Below the pieces are notes generated by a model. It did not search any database and was not told the DNA's origin. It saw only the letters and a list, made by a program, of their open reading frames with translations. Position numbers and translations under genes: made by a program. DNA of 64,000 nucleotides from a virus. Every line of letters begins with the position of its first letter. The first letter of the stretch is position 1. The stretch spans positions 1 to 64,000 of the IMG/VR virus record IMGVR_UViG_3300020125_000159; one strand, written 5' to 3'. Of the stretch, positions 58,808 through 64,000 are shown in pieces.

Positions 58808-58981
58808 TTATATCAGTGTTTCTAATAGTGCGTCGTTATAATATGAATTAAAACCAGTCGGGTATATCTTGGTCGTTATCTCCTTACCACAAACAACACA
58901 GTAAAAGATGATTTTGGTTTCTGATACCTTGACTGCGTCACAGACTCTGCCACATTTATGAACAAAACTATTTGGTATCAT
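58808..58981 (-). CDS. 57-aa Zn-finger peptide
   Basis: HKCG...YCVVCG; ATGA-coupled. Confidence 0.5.
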   Translation of the reverse strand: MIPNSFVHKCGRVCDAVKVSETKIIFYCVVCGKEITTKIYPTGFNSYYNDALLETLI

Positions 58982-59181
58982 ATCATTTTCTTTTTTTGTT
59001 CGGTCGTGAACTTTGCGTTATCGTTCTCAGGAAATATTTTATTGGTAGGAGTATAATCGCATGTACCAGTTACGGTACGACACCATGAACAAAGTATCTT
59101 GTATTGAGTATTAGACGTGCGCACCCATGTCTTTGTGCTAGATGCGCAGTCGTGAGGAAATTCTACTCGCTTAGATACCAA
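58978..59181 (-). CDS. Small Zn-binding protein
   Basis: HDC...CSWC; late motif upstream. Confidence 0.55.
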   Translation of the reverse strand: MVSKRVEFPHDCASSTKTWVRTSNTQYKILCSWCRTVTGTCDYTPTNKIFPENDNAKFTTEQKKKMI

Positions 59182-59214
59182 TAAAACATTAAAAATGAAA
59201 GAAGGGGAAGGGAA

Positions 59215-59583
59215 CTATTTCTTTGATGGTACTCCAACATTTCCTGTTAGAGCGTTAAGTTCATCTAATATCTTTTTCAATGCGGCTTTGTCTGCTTCTG
59301 TATTTGCCACAACGAGGTTGATATCGGTTCCGCTTGCTTCTAGCTTAGCCTTTAGTTCAGGTGATAAGTCAGTTGCTGCTTGTACCAATCCGATAAACTT
59401 GTCATGGTTCGCTACAATAGCGTCATGTGCTTCATTAAGGTATTTTGTAATCGTGTCTATCTTAGCTGTATTCCATCCGTGATTTCGCATCTGTTTGGCT
59501 ATTACGCCGATAATCGCGCCTCCGAATGCTGCTATAATTCCAATATTGTCATATAATATCGTAAGTGAGTCTGCTACTACCAT
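59215..59583 (-). CDS. Single-TM protein (holin-like candidate)
   Basis: IGIIAAFGGAIIGVIA followed by a helical tail. Confidence 0.55.
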   Translation of the reverse strand: MVVADSLTILYDNIGIIAAFGGAIIGVIAKQMRNHGWNTAKIDTITKYLNEAHDAIVANHDKFIGLVQAATDLSPELKAKLEASGTDINLVVANTEADKAALKKILDELNALTGNVGVPSKK

Positions 59584-59643
59584 TATAAAACAAGAAGATA
59601 TGAAGAAAGAATTAGGAACTAATGTTTGGTAAGGTTGCCCAGA

Positions 59644-59964
59644 TCATTTGGTCTCATGGGTTTCGTTGCCTAGAACCTCTTTCAGTAAGTGTTGGGTATT
59701 TAATTGTACTCCTGGCAAGTCTTGAAGCTCTTTGATTAATGTCTGCCGTTGATTGTTTGATAGATTGCCTTGTGCGTTTAGTTGTTCTTGACTGAGACTG
59801 TGTAGTGAATCTAGTTTATCATTTATCTGTTTGACTACTATCTGTCCTTGTTGTTGAGCTAGTTGTTGTTGTTGAATACTGGTATAAGTCTGATACGCGT
59901 ATATAGTGCCCACCATGACTATAAGAACGGATAATAATGTAATGATAAAATGCGTTGGTTCCAA
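59644..59964 (-). CDS. Single-TM + Gln-rich coiled-coil protein
   Basis: N-terminal TM. Confidence 0.65.
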   Translation of the reverse strand: MEPTHFIITLLSVLIVMVGTIYAYQTYTSIQQQQLAQQQGQIVVKQINDKLDSLHSLSQEQLNAQGNLSNNQRQTLIKELQDLPGVQLNTQHLLKEVLGNETHETK

Positions 59965-60012
59965 TTTTAATTACTTCTTGTAAACTAAATTAATGAATAA
60001 AGAAGTAATATA

Positions 60013-60558
60013 TTGACTGAAGATTTCATTGTAGCCGCTTATCCTGTTATCTCAATTCTAATAGGAGTAGGGACTTTAGGTGGTTTTATTTATAAAATGG
60101 GCGCTTGGATTAATAAGAAGGCTGAAACTAAAGCTGCTATTCTTAAAGAGGTTACTGAGAAGAAAGCAGATGAACTTAGAAAATATGCTGAAGAAGTGGC
60201 TAAAGAAGTCAGAGATATTAATGAAAAACAGATAGCGGATCTTCAGAAAAGATTAGATGGTTTAGAAGACAAGATAGACAAAGTTTTCCAGAGGGCTGAC
60301 CTTGTAAATGGTAATGTTTCGAACATCAGAACAGACATAGCAGACCTACAAGAGGATTTGCTTGAACTATATTCTGCGGATGATATAGAGTATGAACAGA
60401 ATGAAGATAGTGGTAGACATATAGAAGTCGACAAAGGCAGAGGACGTGATTCAGTATCTTCAAGAAAGAACAGAAAGCGTGTTGACCTGAATAGAAGATT
60501 AAAAAGGAGAAAGATAGAATCGGATAGAATTGAACAGTCTGAAAGGGAGAAACGATAG
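60013..60558 (+). CDS. Single-TM + coiled-coil protein with basic tail
   Basis: N-terminal TM; late motif 42 nt upstream. Confidence 0.7.
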   Translation: MTEDFIVAAYPVISILIGVGTLGGFIYKMGAWINKKAETKAAILKEVTEKKADELRKYAEEVAKEVRDINEKQIADLQKRLDGLEDKIDKVFQRADLVNGNVSNIRTDIADLQEDLLELYSADDIEYEQNEDSGRHIEVDKGRGRDSVSSRKNRKRVDLNRRLKRRKIESDRIEQSEREKR

Positions 60559-60561
60559 GTT

Positions 60562-60765
60562 TTATCCTACCTCAATATGTAGTTCTACTCGTTGATACCC
60601 ATTAGTCAAAATAATTCTGTCTAGGTCACGCGATCCAGTCCGACCTACTCCCATTCTTTCTTTCAGTCCTTCTCGGAACACATTATTAAGCGAATCATAT
60701 TCTGCTTGTGACATCTTTATGACGTCAATCTGCTCTTTTATCTCCTTTATTTTATACTCGGTCAT
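60562..60765 (-). CDS. Hypothetical protein
   Basis: Late motif upstream. Confidence 0.55.
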   Translation of the reverse strand: MTEYKIKEIKEQIDVIKMSQAEYDSLNNVFREGLKERMGVGRTGSRDLDRIILTNGYQRVELHIEVG

Positions 60766-60807
60766 GTATAATGATATAGAATAACAAAAAGTGAAGGTAA
60801 GAACTAA

Positions 60808-61134
60808 TTACTTGCTCATATGTGTTAGGTTGTTCAGTATGTCTAACTGAATTTGGCGGTTTATGAGTATATCTTTGTAGTTCTGCGCTATCAATTTATC
60901 AGTGTGATCTGTCTGGTTGTCTATATGCAATGATTGATTTCCTATTATATTCAGTAGGTGGTGATTGTCAAGGGCAACTTCTTGTAGATTTGTTACCTGA
61001 TCTTTAACTTCAGTATCTATTTTTGAGACTGTGTTATTAATACTGAACATAGTGAGAGATAGTAATCCTGCTAGCATACCCAGAATTATGAAATCAAGTA
61101 TGTATAATCTCCACATATCATTCAGTCCTCGCAT
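60808..61134 (-). CDS. Single-TM + coiled-coil protein
   Basis: N-terminal TM. Confidence 0.65.
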   Translation of the reverse strand: MRGLNDMWRLYILDFIILGMLAGLLSLTMFSINNTVSKIDTEVKDQVTNLQEVALDNHHLLNIIGNQSLHIDNQTDHTDKLIAQNYKDILINRQIQLDILNNLTHMSK

Positions 61135-61402
61135 ATCTATGGTCTAACTCTACATTTTTTAGTCTTAAGTCAAGTATGTCGCATAGTCTTAATGCATCAT
61201 TTGATTTTTGATACAAATCCTTAACATCAGCTCTAATCTCCTTTATATCTTCTTTTACCTCCTTAACCTCATATCCAGTGAGTCCTTGCTTAGCATCATT
61301 CCTTCCTTCCTTCTTTAGAAAGAATACTAATGCAGTGAGGGCAGGAACTATAAACGTCAATAAATAAGGCCAATATTCAATCTGCATGATAAAATCAAAC
61401 AA
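61118..61402 (-). CDS. Single-TM + coiled-coil protein (holin/XhlA-like architecture)
   Basis: TM followed by heptads. Confidence 0.6.
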   Translation of the reverse strand: MFDFIMQIEYWPYLLTFIVPALTALVFFLKKEGRNDAKQGLTGYEVKEVKEDIKEIRADVKDLYQKSNDALRLCDILDLRLKNVELDHRYARTE

Positions 61403-61445
61403 CTCACTAGAGATATAGTGGAAAAAAAGTTAGGATAAGAACTAA

Positions 61446-61538
61446 TTATTTTGTCCTTCTAAGGTAACGAATCTCCTGTAAGATTATCGAGCCTGTAATT
61501 ATGGACATCCACACAACCCACGCCCAGTCTGGCAGCAA
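61446..61538 (-). CDS. 30-aa TM peptide
   Basis: MLPDWAWVVWMSIITGSIILQEIRYLRRTK; hand-translated. Confidence 0.4.
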   Translation of the reverse strand: MLPDWAWVVWMSIITGSIILQEIRYLRRTK

Positions 61539-61539
61539 T

Positions 61540-61722
61540 TTATTTTATATTTAGTTTTTCTTTAAGTATTTTCTCTATGACTCTTGAACGTGCACCAGTA
61601 GTTAGTCCGAATTCCTTGAATGCACGTTCGTCTACTGCGTCTAAAAGTCTTAGAGACATTGACACATTGACAGGAGTCTTCCGATCGCTAGGGTTCACTA
61701 GTTCCTTCTGTTTGCTAACCAT
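61540..61722 (-). CDS. Ribbon-helix-helix protein
   Basis: VNVSMSLRLLDAVDE...RSRVIEKIL. Confidence 0.75.
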   Translation of the reverse strand: MVSKQKELVNPSDRKTPVNVSMSLRLLDAVDERAFKEFGLTTGARSRVIEKILKEKLNIK

Positions 61723-61859
61723 CTAGTAATTTCACCTCTGTAATCTTATCTATCATTGACCTCAATCTCACCATCTCTTCAGTTGCAATGTCTAACTTAA
61801 TTTTGGAAATTATAGACTGCACCACTATCTGGGATTTAGGGTCAAGGCCAATTAGGTCG

Positions 61860-62084
61860 TCAGCCAATTCCATTATTTCCCTTTTTCTCTGGTTCTTTTG
61901 ATTCTATTGGTGTCTGTGATGATTCGGGGTAAGGTGGTATAAGTCCACGAATTATTTTTGTAGCGTCTTCTGGATCTCGGAATTCTATCATATGACTGCC
62001 CTTTTCATAATAAACGGTTCCGATTGCAAAAGGTTTCTTGGTCCTTTCTAGCTTAATTGTGAATCCTAAATGATATTCAGTCAT
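61860..62084 (-). CDS. Hypothetical protein
   Basis: SD GAGG; coupled ORF. Confidence 0.5.
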   Translation of the reverse strand: MTEYHLGFTIKLERTKKPFAIGTVYYEKGSHMIEFRDPEDATKIIRGLIPPYPESSQTPIESKEPEKKGNNGIG

Positions 62085-62227
62085 ACTTATTCCTCTTTTA
62101 TTGCGTCACGCCCACTTCCGCAGTCACAGCCTGCGTTACCCCACATTATACCGCCAGAGCCGTCATGATACGCGACCTTAGGGAGTTCTTTGTATTTTTG
62201 GCCGCAGTTACTACAAACTAATCCCAA

Positions 62228-62839
62228 TTATTCTTTCACTGGTCGTTTGCCTTTAACTTCAATCTCTGGGTTGGGAGCACCAGGTTTTACACCAGTCTTA
62301 CCTAATGTAACTAGTTCGTCGAATGATAGGTTACGAAAGTCTTCATACTCAAAACCAGCATACATTCTCCCACCTGGAGTTTCCACGTAGAAAGTAGTTG
62401 CTGCGTCAATCTTGCCCTCTTCAACTAATTTGTCTAGAAGCTTTGGGTCATATTCTATAGGGTAAATTGTCTCATGTCTTGCTATACCTACACATACAGT
62501 CTGACCTGTCAATTCGTCGAACTGGTATTGTCCTATTGGTATGTTATACTTGCCATTCACTACGAACTTTTCTATTTCGTTGTCTCTGTGGTCGTGGCCG
62601 TGATATTCTTCATAGAAGTATACTGCCTCATTTGTATTTCTGAAACTACCTTTTCGTACTCTGTGTATTTGTTGAATGTGGACTTTTGTATTTTCTCCGT
62701 CTACATTCTTCTGGTCAAATATTGCATGGACTTGGTGTTCTGATGGGGGGATATAGTCTAGATTAGGATTGTTGTTATAAAATTGCTGTACTTTTTCATG
62801 TGCCTGCTTAAAGAAAGCAGCGTGTTCTGGTCTTACCAT
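62228..62839 (-). CDS. Hypothetical late protein
   Basis: 203 aa; late motif 41 nt upstream. Confidence 0.7.
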   Translation of the reverse strand: MVRPEHAAFFKQAHEKVQQFYNNNPNLDYIPPSEHQVHAIFDQKNVDGENTKVHIQQIHRVRKGSFRNTNEAVYFYEEYHGHDHRDNEIEKFVVNGKYNIPIGQYQFDELTGQTVCVGIARHETIYPIEYDPKLLDKLVEEGKIDAATTFYVETPGGRMYAGFEYEDFRNLSFDELVTLGKTGVKPGAPNPEIEVKGKRPVKE

Positions 62840-62893
62840 TTATATAACATGTTTGGCAAATAGTACTCATAGAGAACTAAATTGGAACACTAT

Positions 62894-63010
62894 ATGTTAA
62901 GATGGCGATGCGACGACTGTGGGAAGGTATACAGATTATATCCTCATACTATAATACATGATAAAATTTATTGTGTTGATTGCTTAGAAAAAGAGAAAGT
63001 TATAGGCTAA
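62894..63010 (+). CDS. 38-aa Zn-finger peptide
   Basis: CDDCG...YCVDC; hand-translated. Confidence 0.45.
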   Translation: MLRWRCDDCGKVYRLYPHTIIHDKIYCVDCLEKEKVIG

Positions 63011-63035
63011 AAATTGCCTTAGTGTGGTTTGTATT

Positions 63036-64000
63036 CTATGCTGCGCCTGTTAGTTGTCTGATCCGACCTGGTACCAGAATCACGGGTAGAGACCAGTCAC
63101 GATAAAGATATCCGTCTACGCCTTCTAGCTCCAAACGATATTGAGCAGTCCTAACGGGGCCCTGTAGCATAGCTACAGCTTTCCTATCGAAGACCGCCAT
63201 TATCGTACTTGTCATCTCGTTATCAACATACCAGGTATAACCAGGAAGTCCTGGAACTTGGTTGATGATCTTCGCCATGGACATATCGGGCATTGGGATG
63301 GCCTGGAGCACTCCTTTTATAAATGTGGAACTTGCGTACGACCGCCAAATCTGGTCATGAGATGCAATTACGTTAGGTGCACCATTATTCGCAAATATCG
63401 TGTCGCTGACTGTGCCTATGTAGACTCTTGGGTCGAATGTGTTGTGATCTGTGGTGAAACCTGTCCATGCTCCGCCTGCTGAAACACCTGTAGCAGTAGC
63501 TAATTTTGTAGCTATCTTATTGCTTTTCAGACGTTTGAAGTCAGTTACAGCCGTGTCAACTTGTTGTTTATACAGATCATGTACCGTTCTCAGCTGTGCC
63601 TCATCAGTGATTTGGATAGTAGCTACATCTTTTGTCAAGTCATAGCTAGTTCTTGACACTGCTGCTCTCGCTGGGATTGGTGCTACACCTTCGGGAACTC
63701 CCTGCTGGGCCGTGAATCTCGTGTATGTGTCTACCTTCAAGTCAAGTTGTGGTGTTCCTATTGTCGTCAACGCTTGCTCTAACACGAAAGTTCTGAGCTC
63801 GGTTCCGACCATTTCCGCCATCACGTTTACGACGTCGATAGCTGAAAAGTCTGCTTCAGTTCCTACACTTGCCTGTCTGGTATGACCATTCTTACGAGTC
63901 TTAATGTCTGCGTATTCACGAGCGATATTCTGCCATTCACCTTCGTATGGATCTTCTATTGCTTTGAAAACGTCGTTTGTCTTTCCACTCTTTAATTGTT
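63036..64000 (-). CDS. Major capsid protein (HK97-like), 5'-truncated by the window edge
   Basis: Frame open to the window end; VPEG..P, K....I.ITDE, helix and A-domain pattern. Confidence 0.8.
   Translation of the reverse strand, partial: QLKSGKTNDVFKAIEDPYEGEWQNIAREYADIKTRKNGHTRQASVGTEADFSAIDVVNVMAEMVGTELRTFVLEQALTTIGTPQLDLKVDTYTRFTAQQGVPEGVAPIPARAAVSRTSYDLTKDVATIQITDEAQLRTVHDLYKQQVDTAVTDFKRLKSNKIATKLATATGVSAGGAWTGFTTDHNTFDPRVYIGTVSDTIFANNGAPNVIASHDQIWRSYASSTFIKGVLQAIPMPDMSMAKIINQVPGLPGYTWYVDNEMTSTIMAVFDRKAVAMLQGPVRTAQYRLELEGVDGYLYRDWSLPVILVPGRIRQLTGAA

Larger units (their letters stand above)
19339..62880. promoter_or_regulatory. Recurrent late-gene upstream element TTA(G/C)TTCYY + pyrimidine tract (23 copies)
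   Basis: 21 of 23 copies lie 35-44 nt before a start codon, on both strands (positions in findings). Confidence 0.85.
1..64000. mobile_element. Temperate tailed archaeal virus / provirus (Caudoviricetes), partial
   Basis: Capsid, adaptor, terminator, tail tube, chaperone, tape measure and fibre genes plus an integrase; no cellular housekeeping genes. Confidence 0.93.

Noticed and set aside
1-64000. Terminase, portal, DNA polymerase, MCM, TFB, amoC
   Set aside because: No recognisable motifs; they may lie outside the window

Overview
This window is most of the genome (or provirus) of a temperate tailed dsDNA archaeal virus (Caudoviricetes, probably a siphovirus). The host is inferred to be a soil ammonia-oxidising archaeon (Nitrososphaeria/Thaumarchaeota), based on frequent TTG starts, TATA-type promoters, Nitrososphaera-like small Zn-ribbon proteins and host-type surface domains. 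Positions 1-14.5 kb form an early/accessory region: arrays of tiny Cys-rich Zn-finger genes, several ribbon-helix-helix (RHH) regulators, a wHTH / ParB-DUF488 fusion / OB-like operon, Cas4-like and DUF559 nucleases, a tyrosine integrase and an HNH nuclease. Positions 14.8-20.7 kb carry a glycosylation module (four GT-A-like proteins and an NDP-sugar epimerase). Positions 18-34 kb (+) and 34-64 kb (-) are two converging late blocks encoding tail spikes/fibres, Pro-Thr-linked adhesins, hub, tape measure, chaperone with a -1 frameshift, tail tube, terminator, adaptor, membrane proteins and the 3' part of the major capsid gene. No terminase, portal or replication genes are recognisable in the window. 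The strongest unexplained signal is a conserved element, TTA(G/C)TTC(C/T)(C/T) followed by a pyrimidine tract, found upstream of 23 late genes on both strands, mostly 35-44 nt before the start codon and generally without an obvious TATA box. It is a candidate virus-specific late transcription system. All family assignments are by motif recognition, not database search.
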